A DNA stretch of 63,874 bases, the filler included, from Intoshia linei (lineage: Eukaryota; Animalia; Orthonectida), in the NCBI GenBank assembly GCA_001642005.1. It is 9 parts of 9 records of this genome, joined end to end, with 100 filler letters (N's around TTAATTAATTAA, not from the genome) between each part and the next. Parts side by side here need not be neighbours in the genome. Positions count along the whole stretch, not along the records: positions 1 to 10,487 come from LWCA01001267.1; positions 10,588 to 15,796 come from LWCA01001812.1; 7 more parts are not named here. The stretch is one strand, 5' to 3'. Of the stretch, positions 1 to 10,924 are shown one piece after another (position 1 is the first letter of the stretch; each line of letters opens with the position of its first letter). The notes beneath the pieces are model-generated. The model was not told the origin of the DNA. It worked only from the letters and a program-made list of their open reading frames with translations, and searched no databases. The position numbers and the translations under genes are program-made.

Positions 1-403
1 GCGTCACTTATTCAGATTGAAATTTTTTGTGTGTGTTAACAGGATACAACTGTATCACCTGTAATTTTTTTAAATTCTAGGGCTGTTTTCATTAAAATAA
101 AGGGTCATTTGTGGTTTTGGTCCTAAAGATATATTTTTTTAAATTTAAATTTATGATTTTAAAATCCGCATCAGAGTATAAATTTTTTTAAATTCTCGAA
201 CTCGTTTGATTTTCAAAAAAAAGGACAATTGGGCTTTTTGACCAATATGATGTGAGTTTGGGAAGTTGAAATTTAGTTTGCTAAAACCCCCGGGAAAAAA
301 CTGTAATTGAAATGTGGACTTTATAAAATTCTAAAACTGATAGTTATTGAAATATACGGTAACACACAAACAAATATTGCATAGCATATTATATAAATAA
401 GGA
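1..403 (-). mobile_element. Non-autonomous Helitron, 5' part (runs off the window)
   Basis: Minus strand starts A|TCCTTATTTATATAATATGCTATGC at 403. The body is the reverse complement of the copies at 2182, 6900, 32976 and 56721. Confidence 0.8.
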
Positions 404-1134
404 TAAATAAAATACATACACAACTTTTGACAGATATTTTTGTTATATCATGGAGTGTACAATTTTTTGAAATATAATTTCCGGAAGGCTATAATAGAAG
501 TTTAAAAAAAATAAACGCATTTTTTAAGTACATTGTATGGATAATATTATAATATCAATTATCAATTAACATTTCCGAAATTTTTAACCAAATTTTACAA
601 TTAAGACATTTTTTATTTTTATCAAAACCATCAAAATGTTTTTTAGGTTATTTTTTTATTTATTTAAATACTGTATTTATAATTTAAGTTAGAAGATGTT
701 TTAAAATATATCCTGTACTAAATGAATTACGGTTTGTTATTATTATCACAAATATAGTACAAATTATATTTTATATATTATATATTATTATTATTAATAA
801 GATACAAAATTCTTACTGTTAAAATGTAAGAAATTTTTTCCAGAATTCTAGGTTCTTCGCTGACGAATTTAAACATCTTTCTAAATTTTGCATTAATTTT
901 ATATATTTAATCACTTTACTTAACTAGATTTGTTGTTTAAACGTACATTAATATTTATAGTTTAGATATTTTTTTATAACATCGTTAGAGGCAACAATTT
1001 ATAGATGGAAAATAACTTGTTTTAAATTTTTATATTTTCTGTTCATACGCTACGCTTCCCCGCACGCGGTCAATTTTTACTCTATTTGGAAATTATTTTT
1101 TTAGTAACCGCAATTATAATATTAAAAATAAAGT

Positions 1135-1750
1135 ATTAACAGTCCAATCCTAAAAATTATCATAAATTGCATATATTCCATTATTTCATTTTCAATGTGA
1201 TGATATAAATTCAGTACCAATTTAATAAACACTTAACCATAGCAATTAGATATCAATAATTAACTGAATCAGCACTTTATGAACATATTTCAGGTGAATT
1301 TTACCAATATTGCAAAGGATTGTAATAAATATAAAAATGATATTAACAAAGTTGTATTACTTTTAGTAATCGTTCTTGTAGTTTTAATTTAAATTTTAAA
1401 CAAAATGGTTAGAAAATGAGAATTTGAAATTGAAAAATTGCGTAGCAATGAAAAAAATTTTAGGATATGTTTCATTTTTAAAACAAAATGTAATTTGTGA
1501 TTTTGACCATGATGGTATGTATTTCTGAGGCTGAGATTAACGACAATGTTAATGCTTTTAAAACGCGTTCCAGAACGTAAGTTTTATTAGATTTTTTGGT
1601 TGATTTTTTTTAAACAAAAAAGAAACTTTGGTTTTTGACCCTGAAGGACTCAAATTCTCACACTGACAAAATTAATAAAAACACGTCCTAGGAAAAAAAG
1701 GTATTAGACATTGAATTTTTTAAATCCTGCGATGTCAATTTTTTCAATAA
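1135..1750 (-). repeat. Internal fragments of the same Helitron family
   Basis: 1135-1460 matches 24165-24510 directly and ~2720-2975 in reverse complement. 1455-1750 matches 4185-4470. Confidence 0.65.
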
Positions 1751-2181
1751 ATAGTTTCACACATAGATATTAATTTTTATATAAGTATAGGACAAAAAAT
1801 GCAAAAATATCAAAATGCAAAATGTTACATTGTAACAATTCCAAACTGAGGATATCATTAAAATTTATTTTCAATGTTAATTTTAAAACACAGTATAAAG
1901 ATAAATATTATATCAATGGTACAATATTGTTTTAATTACACCAATAATAAATAATAATAACAGAAGACTAAAACATGAAATAGACGCGACTCTAAAATTA
2001 ACCACTTAAGTAAAATTATACTGTATTAAGTATAGTGAAAAATTAAAAATGTTGATACAGCTATCCAGTATAATTACTTTAACAATTATTTAAATTACTC
2101 AATCGAGTAGAAAAATGGCGCATGAAAGTCTAGGTTTTAATAATTAATTTTGTGTATTATTATTATTTTATATTAGTATAA

Positions 2182-3290
2182 TCCTTACTTATATAATTAT
2201 ATATATATATGCAACGCTATTTTTGTTTGTGTGTGTATGGGTTCCACTTTATTAAAATAACTACCAGTCTTAGAATTTTATAAAGTCCACATTTTCGTTT
2301 ATTTCAATAACTACCAGTCTTAGAATTTTATAAAGTCCACATTTCAATTTAGTTTTTTCCGAGACGTATAATAAGATAAATTTTAACCTCCCAAACTCAC
2401 ATCTTACGAGTCAAAAACCCCAATTATCTCTCTTTTTGAAAAACAAACGAGTTGGAGAATTAAAAAAAATATATACGCTGATACGGATTTTAAAATCATA
2501 AGCATTATCATAAATTTAAATTTAACAAAATATATCTTTAGAGCCAAAACCCTAAATTACCCTTTTTTTAATGAAAAAAGTCCTATAATTTCAAAAAATT
2601 TACAGGTGGTACAGTTGTATTCTGTTAACAGACACAAAAAAATTTCAATCCGAATAAGTGATGACTTCATGGTCAAAAAAGCATTTTAGTATTCATATAT
2701 ATTTGCACAAATTTTTTAATATCATTTTTATATTTATTACAATCCTTTGCAATGTTGGTAAAATTCGACTGAAATATGTTTATAAAGTGAAGATTCGGTT
2801 AAATATTGATACATAATAATTATTTTATTTTTAATTAATGGTTATACATTTTTAAGTAGTTATTAAATTAATACTAAATATATCATCACATTGAAAATAA
2901 CAAAATAGGTTTTTATAATTGTATTTTTTCTATAATTTATGCTATTTATGATAATTTTTAGGATTGGACTGTTTTTGCTTTATTATTAATATTATACACA
3001 CATTCTGTCTAGTAAATTAAAAAAATAGAATAACAATTATTTTTAAAATTTTTTACGCAAATGTTAACAAACAAAAAATTAAGATAAAATAATTTATTTT
3101 AAAGTAAAAATTAATGTGATATGATGGTTCCACCTAAAACGAATTTGGGAACCACTCATTTAAAAGATTGATAATAGTGAATAGTAGGATTTTGAAGTTA
3201 GATTTTCAACGTGAATTTTTAAGTATAATAAAAATGTGCCCTCGGCAGAGCTATGACCTGTTTGTACGTTCTACATAACAGTCAACCTAG
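2182..3290 (+). mobile_element. Non-autonomous Helitron with both termini
   Basis: A(2181)|TCCTTACTTATATAA... with a TG-rich tract near the 5' end. Subterminal hairpin TGCC-CTC-GGCA, ends ...GTCAACCTAG(3290)|T. Inserted between A and T with no TSD. Confidence 0.85.
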
Positions 3291-3599
3291 TACATGCATA
3301 ATAGCAATAAACAAACTAATTTTTTGTAATATGAGTCAACTTTAGAAAAATGGGTAACAAAAATAATAAACAACATTAAATTTTGCCATTTCCTCATAAA
3401 CCCAGTACACTGTAAATTAATCTGTTATGTGATATTAAAGTGTATCATCGCTAAATAGCGCTTATGCATATATATATATATATCTATAGCAGTGGGCCAT
3501 TTTCTAAAACAAGGTGCGATATTTATCTATTATTTCACAAAATACAGAATTTAAAATCTTTTTAAGGTCAAAAAAATAAATTAAATAATAAAATCTTGC

Positions 3600-4470
3600 T
3601 TAAAAATGCTACACTCACTATTATCAACACTTTAAATATGAGAATGTGTGTATAATCTAAAAAATAAAGTCAAAACAGTACAATCGTAAGAATTGTCATA
3701 AATAGCTTAAATTCCAGTATAAATATAATTGTGAATAAACCGGTATTTTGTTTTTTAATGTGGTGGACCACCACTGGTGGTATATATTCAGTATCTGCTT
3801 TAGTTTAGTAACAAATATAAAAATGTAATAACAAAGTTGTACTTTGTACTATGTTGTTGTTTTGGACAAAATTTTGTACAAAGTATTTTAAATTGTTTCA
3901 TAATGAGTAAATGAAAATCAAATATTGCGTAGCAATGAAAAAAATCCCGAAGGAATCAATTATATAGATTTCCACCTATATTTATTTATTGTAAATGTGT
4001 AGACGTTCAAGGTACAAAGTTTTTTGAAATTGTAGGATGATTATTTACATTTTTTATTTTAATGCAATATTTTTCAAATGTTGTAATCTAGGTTTTGATC
4101 GTGAAAATAATCTTTTTTGAAGTTGCCATTTATGATAATGCTTATGATTTTAAAAATTATCCCAGAATTTATGTTTAATAAAATTTTAGGACATGTTTCA
4201 TTTTTAAAACAAACGGTAATTTATGGTTTTGATCATGAAGGTATGCATTTCCGAGACTGAGATTAACGACAGTGTTAATGATTTTAAAACGCGCCCCAGA
4301 CTGTATGCTATATTAAATTTTTGGGCTGATTTTTTTAACAAAAGGGGAAATTGGGTTTTCGACCATAAAGGACTCAAATTCTGAAACTGAAAAATAGATA
4401 AAAACACGTCCTAGGAAAACTGTATTAGAAATTGGGGTTTTTTAAATTCTACAACTGTTAATTTTTTAAA
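3600..4470 (-). repeat. Helitron-family internal fragments
   Basis: Matches 24165-24640 and 1455-1750. Contains three ~130-bp units (cores near 4090, 4225, 4355). Confidence 0.6.
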
Positions 4471-4647
4471 TAGACGATAAATAATAAATTTTAAAGAAAC
4501 ACACAAACTTTAATTTTTATATAATTGATTTACAAAATGTTTGAAAATGTAACTATTTTGACATTTTGACTTTGGGTTATTTATATTAATATTATATATT
4601 ACAATATTATATTCGAAAACGTCAAAAGATAAATAAATGAAAATGAT

Positions 4648-5400
4648 TTAATTAATTTTGAAAGGAATTTTGAAATTGGTTAGTCCCATTCTAGGTAAAT
4701 TGCGTCGTGTACCGGTACTATAATGCTTGATTTGAGTACAACTATGAATGTTATTGACGATAGGTAATTTTGGTGTTTGGAAGTTATTTGTCAAATTATT
4801 ATCAAACATACAATCGATTTTTTCTGATAGTATTTTTAAAGATTCGCAAACGCTTTTCAATTCAGTCCGGATTTCTTTATCACTTTTTCCATTTTGAAAA
4901 TTTGAATTGATTATTTCGTTTGACGCATTAATTTTGGATTTTACATTTTGAACGAAGGGAGCAATTGAAGTGTTAAATTTTCTAGCTTTGAATGTGTTTT
5001 TATTCTTTATTACTCCTTTTTTAATTTCTGATTTTTTTGCTTTTTTTTGTATTTTCTAAATGTTGTTGAATTAAAATAAATGTAAATTAGACAAAAAATT
5101 ATTAAAAAATGTAAAAATATTTACATTTCTAAATGATTGAAACAGTTTTTTAGTTGAAATAGATCTTTCCATTTTTTTAAATTTATCGAATCCAATTCCA
5201 TTGAAATTAATTTTTGATGTGTTTATTGTTAATAAATTTTCTTTATTGTCATCTAAAATTATATTTTTTGCATTTTTTTGAGGGTCAATGTTTAAATTGA
5301 GGTTTAAATTCTTTTTAGTTTTTTTTTTGGTCATTTTAAAGTCTATAATGTTTACTTTACTTAAACTTTTCATAAATTTCATTTTATGCATTTTTATCAA
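4648..5400 (-). CDS. Lineage-specific Lys/Asn-rich protein (probably two exons; 5' end uncertain)
   Basis: ORF 5071-5400 joins through a GT..AG intron (~5058-5124) to an open frame KYKKKAKK...SDKEIRTELKSVCESLKILSEKIDCMFDNN...PRMGL...KIN*. A paralogous segment lies at 9587-9852. Confidence 0.45.
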
Positions 5401-6899
5401 CTTTTATTTCTTGTGTAAATCTTGGAATGATTTTGCTTTTGATTTAATCTTAATATTATGTGTATAGGCTTTTCATTAACTACTTGAGACTATACAATAG
5501 CTGTAACTCTAGTCAGGCACAAGCAATACGTATACTATTGTCTAATTATGTTTATTTTGTTTATATTATTAATTGTATCAAATACAAGTGTTTTTCAAGT
5601 ACAGTTAACGCTAGTGGCCGTTTAAAATGTTTAGTCACGCCTATTTTAATATTACATAGTATATTTATTAATATTTTTATACATCTATACCATTTTATAG
5701 ATTTCAATTTTCAGATTTAAATTAATGAAATAGAATATCAGTATTAATCAAAATCTATTATCAGTAGGTTGAATTCTCATTTTAACAAACGTTTCTTTTT
5801 AAATGATTAACATTATTATATTAAATTTAATGTATTTACATGTTAATTTAGTACGACTGATTAAATTTTTCTTTCTTTTTTATTAAAATAGCTCCAAGTA
5901 AATAACGTTAAAAGTACACGTATAATGTAACGTTTTACTAGTTAATCCATGATATTAAAGGTTTATTGTTCGTCAAGTGCACTAGAGAAATTGTAGATAC
6001 TTGAGATTGTTTGTACAGTTTGTAGTTGGAGTCTTAGCGAATAATTAAATTTTAAACAATAACGAACATGAATATATATAGATACATAAATAATAATGCA
6101 ATGTAATGTAACATTATGTATTATAAAATTTTCTTTTCATGTATTATTTATTTCAAAATTAATTATTAACAGTTTAAATTTTGAAACTTGTAAGACTTAC
6201 AAGTATCAATATTGGTCTAAAAAATTTTTATTTGAAATACTTATAAATTGAATCAAGAAATTTATTATGCTTTATGATATATGTAATATGAATAAAATAA
6301 ACAATCCTTGAGTAAGATTTGCACAGCAAGTGATAAAAATGCAGAGCAGTTTACGCACCTAATTTATATTTTATAAAATTAGCCCTTACATTTGTATAAC
6401 TTTACATAAAAAAATTAACAAATTTGGGTATAACGAAAAATACTTGAGATTTGATTAATATTAGCGATTTCGTACAATTAAATTAGATTTTCAACACTAT
6501 TATTTTCAATATTATGAAATGATCGAAGATATTACACGATCAAAAGACTGTAACATAATTATATTTGAAATTATTCAATTTTTCCAACAATTTAACAGAA
6601 ATGAAACTTTTAAAATTATATCAATGATCAATTATATTTATATCAAACTGTGCTGCATTTACTCTGTTGTTGATTTCTTTGATCTAATAAATTTGGCACA
6701 CGACTCACACATTGTTAGTGAAAATTAGACATTTAATTCTGACGACACGTGCCATTTATTGTGTGATTTAATATATTTATCAATAATAGTCTAAAAGTTA
6801 TTTATTAATTACGTAAATAATTGTACAATGTACATTTAAATTCACCCTTTCAGGTTTTATGAGTGATTGCATTTAAAATAAGAAGTTTACAGAAGAAGT

Positions 6900-7560
6900 G
6901 TATGCTATGCTATATTTATTTGTGTGTGTTACCGTTTATTTCTATAACTACCAGTTTTAGAATTCTATAAAGTCAACATTTCAATTACAGTTTTTTTCTG
7001 TTTTAGCAAAATAAATTTCAACCTTACAAACTCACATCTTACGGGTCAAAAACCCCATTGTCTTTTTTTTTAAAATCAAACGAGTTCGAGAATTTAAAAA
7101 AATATATACTCTGATACGGATTTTAAAATCATAAATATTATTATAAAGTTAAATTTAAAAAAATATATCTTCAGGGCCAAAACCACAAATTATCATTTTT
7201 TTTAATGAAAACAGCCCTAGAATTTAAAAAAATTTACAGGTGGTACAGTTGTATCTTGTTAACACACACAAAAAATGTCAATCTGAATAAGTGACGCCTT
7301 CACGGTGATAAAATAATTTTAATATTTATATATATTTTTTCCGAAATATTTTATTAAAACAAAAAATGTGAAATAATTAACTGTCTGAAAATTAAAAAAT
7401 AAAGATTATTCTAATAGAGCTTATTCCAGTTGATATAAATACAAAATTTCAACTCAAGAAATCTACGCATTCCCGTTGAAAAATAATTTTTAATATATTA
7501 TAATTTGATAATTATCAACCAATATTTTTCAAATATTTTGATTAAAATAAAAATTTTAAA
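6900..7560 (+). mobile_element. Helitron-family copy, truncated
   Basis: Collinear with 2210-2700 and 56737-57390. Confidence 0.75.
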
Positions 7561-9586
7561 TGTACCTCGTATGTTCCTCGGTCACCTTGTTATATCGCAT
7601 GAAATTATGGTGTCAACATTGATCCCTTTGAAAAGAACTGAATTAGGATATCGTAAAATATAATTGATTCATGCGGATTTATGTACGAGTTTAAACAACA
7701 TGAGTACATTTGAATTAATATTATAATGATAATATATTATATTCTTTATTTATTCGTTTTATATTTAATACTTATTTTTTTCTAAATAAATTTTCCAATT
7801 GAATTCATTTCGGTTATTTAGATATTATTTTTAATGCTATAATTACTTGACATTTATTTTAAATAGCTTTCCCTCGGGTATGTATGAATTGGTTGAAATC
7901 TTTATTATGGTTAAACAAAATTTTTTTTAATCCTATTAATATATCAATTAGTTTCAATAGAGAATTCAACCATACAATAACAAACAGTGTGATATATTTT
8001 TAGTTATATTATTGATCTAATTCAAACCAAACCAATTAAAATGAAATTATTTATGAATAATATATTATAATAAATATATATACTTTTTATGTAAAGCATC
8101 ATTAATATATTGACTTTTCAAATTTCTGGATAATAAAGATTGTATATAAGATTTTATAGTTGGAATTGTATAAAAAAAATGTATTTCTTATATTTTTCAT
8201 ACCATTAAAAACATGTACTAGATTTTTATGACCATAAATAAAAAAATAAAATTAATTATAAAAGTAAAAAATCCCTATATAGTTTTATCAAATCTAAAGT
8301 TAATATTCCCTAAAGTTGACTTTTGATAACTGTAAACTAGCTATTATGTATTTGAGAAAGGTATTTATATAAAGTTATTTTTATTTACAATATTTTTCAT
8401 ATTTTTGAACCTAATCATCTTTCATTTTTTAAGATACTTGTAGGATAAATTGTTTTGTCTATTCTACTCAACCATTTATTATTATTAAATTACAAAAAAA
8501 ATTGGTAGCAAAAAACGCAAACATTTATGCTAACCGATGATAAAATTAAATAACAAAATTTAAATCAGTCACACCACACTACACACCGAGATTGATGTTT
8601 ATTCGTTCTATAATTTAAAAAAAGTATATGCTCTCATTAATGTAAAATTACCAAATTATTAAACGTAGTAAATACTGATATTGATCTATTTAATCTTACT
8701 ATATGTCACTTAATTGTATCAGACCACTACATTTTATTATTTCATCATAAAAAAATATTAATTATATTATCATTTTTTTGTACATCTGTATAAACATTTT
8801 ATTATTTCATTTACAGTTATTGTGAAGTGGTGGAAATTGGCGAATTAGAAGTGGTATTGAGAAACCTGATTTTATTTTTATAACTAACCGTATTTATCAA
8901 TTTTTTACGCTATTTTTAGAAATGGGGCGTCCACTTAAATGCAACTCCGTAAAATGATTGATATTTGCTATATTAGATGTTTTTAGTGGTCTTCCTCGAT
9001 TTATAATTATTTTCAACAACAAATCCATCACATCCAATCTTTTTTTTAATAAAGGACATGAAAAACGTGTTTGAATTTTTTTCTTAGAAAACATTTTGCA
9101 GCTGCACTTAATCAACTTATGATCAATAATTGCAATAGAAATTTTTTTTAAATTATTGTTTTGTTTTGTCAAAATACAGCAAAATATTGTATTTCCTCTT
9201 GTTCAGCATTTAAATTTGAAAAATCAAAGTCAAGTTTTAATTTGTAAATAATATTATAATAAATAAATTTAGTGGTTTAAATTTTCTATAATATACTGAG
9301 TTATGGATTTTCCCCTTTAAGTTTGATAGAAATAGAATTATCCATAAAAAGTTCATAAAAAATGGATTTTTCCTTTTAGGTTTGGTAAAACTGAATTTTT
9401 CCCTTAAGGATTGGTAAATTTTAATTTTTAGTAAAAATGGTCGGATTTAAGAATATTCCCTTCATAAATTTCTGAACATACCACGCACAGTCACTTTGAT
9501 ATCCAAAAATATTGGCTTGCTAAATTTATTTGAAATGAATTAACTAAATTGACTAACATTGAAAATACAACATTTATTAATACATT

Positions 9587-9852
9587 TTAAATGCGGAAAA
9601 GTAGTTTTTTTGATTTTTGTAATTGAGGATTAAGAGGATATAGACTAATTCCCATAACTGGTTGTTTTTTTCTTTGTACAGAATTTGGTACAGCTTGAAT
9701 TGAGTTAAAATTTGCATCAACGGTTGTAGAGTTTTGTTCATTTGAAAAAACGTCCTTATCAATAACACAGTCAATTTTTTCACAGAGTAGTTTTAACTTT
9801 TCTCTCACATTTGTTAGTTCATTTTTGATTTCATCATTCGTCATTGATTCAC
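9587..9852 (-). CDS. Terminal exon paralogous to the 4648-4900 segment
   Basis: TTTTAG acceptor at ~9853, then TNDEIKNELTNVREKLKLLCEKIDCVIDKD...PVMGI, which aligns with SDKEIRTELKSVCESLKILSEKIDCMFDNN...PRMGL. Confidence 0.45.
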
Positions 9853-9904
9853 TAAAATGGAAAAATTTAAATTATTCTCAAATTAATTGCAAAATATAAA
9901 TATA

Positions 9905-10487
9905 CCAGGTTCACTGTTATGTACTACGTACAAATAGGCCTAGCTCTACCGAAGCCACATTTTTATTATACTTAATAAATACACGTTGAAAATCTAACTT
10001 AAAAATCCTACTATTCACTATTATCAATCCTTTAAATTGAAAATCTAACTTAAAAATCCTACTATTCACTATTATCAATTCTTTAAAGGAATTCTTCACC
10101 TTGTTTTAGGTGGAACCATCATATCACATTACTTTTTACTTTAAAGTGAATTATTCCATCTTAATTTTTTGTTGGTTAACATTTCAAAATAAAGTAAAAA
10201 CAGTAAAATCTTATAAATTGTCATAAATAGCATAAATTCAAAAAAAAATAAAATTATAAAAACCTATTTTGTCATGTTCAATGTGATGAATCATATATCA
10301 CTGATGACATATATTCAGTACCAATTTTCTAAATACTTAAAAAAACACTTATATATCAATAATTAACCAAATCTTCACTTTATAAACATATTTCAGGCGA
10401 ATTTTACAAAATTTGTAATAAATATAAAAAAGGTATTAACAAAGTTGTATTACTTTTAGTTTCGTTGTTGTAGTTTTTATTTAAATT
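9905..10487 (-). mobile_element. Helitron 3' half
   Basis: Minus strand reads ...GTAGAGCTAG-GCCTATTTGTACGTAGTACATAACAGTGAACCTGG(9905)|T, a CTRR terminus. Cut by the gap. Confidence 0.8.
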
Positions 10488-10587
10488 NNNNNNNNNNNNN
10501 NNNNNNNNNNNNNNNNNNNNNNNNNNNNNNNTTAATTAATTAANNNNNNNNNNNNNNNNNNNNNNNNNNNNNNNNNNNNNNNNNNNN
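10488..10587. other. Artificial contig spacer (44 N + TTAATTAATTAA + 44 N). Identical spacers at 15797-15896, 23185-23284, 40281-40380, 52328-52427, 57768-57867, 61175-61274, 62519-62618
   Basis: All eight gaps are exactly 100 bp with the same palindromic 12-mer, which gives TAA in all six frames. Confidence 0.97.
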
Positions 10588-10915
10588 CCCTAGAATTTCA
10601 AACAATTTACAGGTGGTACAGTTGTATCCTGTTAACACACAAAAAAAATTTGAATCCGAATAAATGACGACTTCACGGTCAAAAAAGCATTTTAGTATTT
10701 ATATATTTTTTTTCCGAAATTATTTTATTAAAACAAAAAATGTGACATAATTAAATGTCCGAAAATTAAAAAAAATAATTATTCTGATAGAGCTTATTCC
10801 AGTTGATATAAATACAAAAGTTCAACCCGAGAAATCTACACATTCCCGATGAAAAATAATTTTTAATATATTATCAACCAATATTTTTTACATATTTCGA
10901 TTAAAATAAAAATTT
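10588..10915 (+). mobile_element. Helitron-family internal fragment in a calcineurin intron
   Basis: Near-identical to 7215-7555 and 57000-57390. Confidence 0.75.
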
Positions 10916-10924
10916 AATTAATAC

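Noticed and set aside
4980-5045. KKGVIKNK as the missing calcineurin calmodulin-binding exon
   Set aside because: Lacks IRAIGKMARVF and lies across an artificial join in an unrelated ORF.
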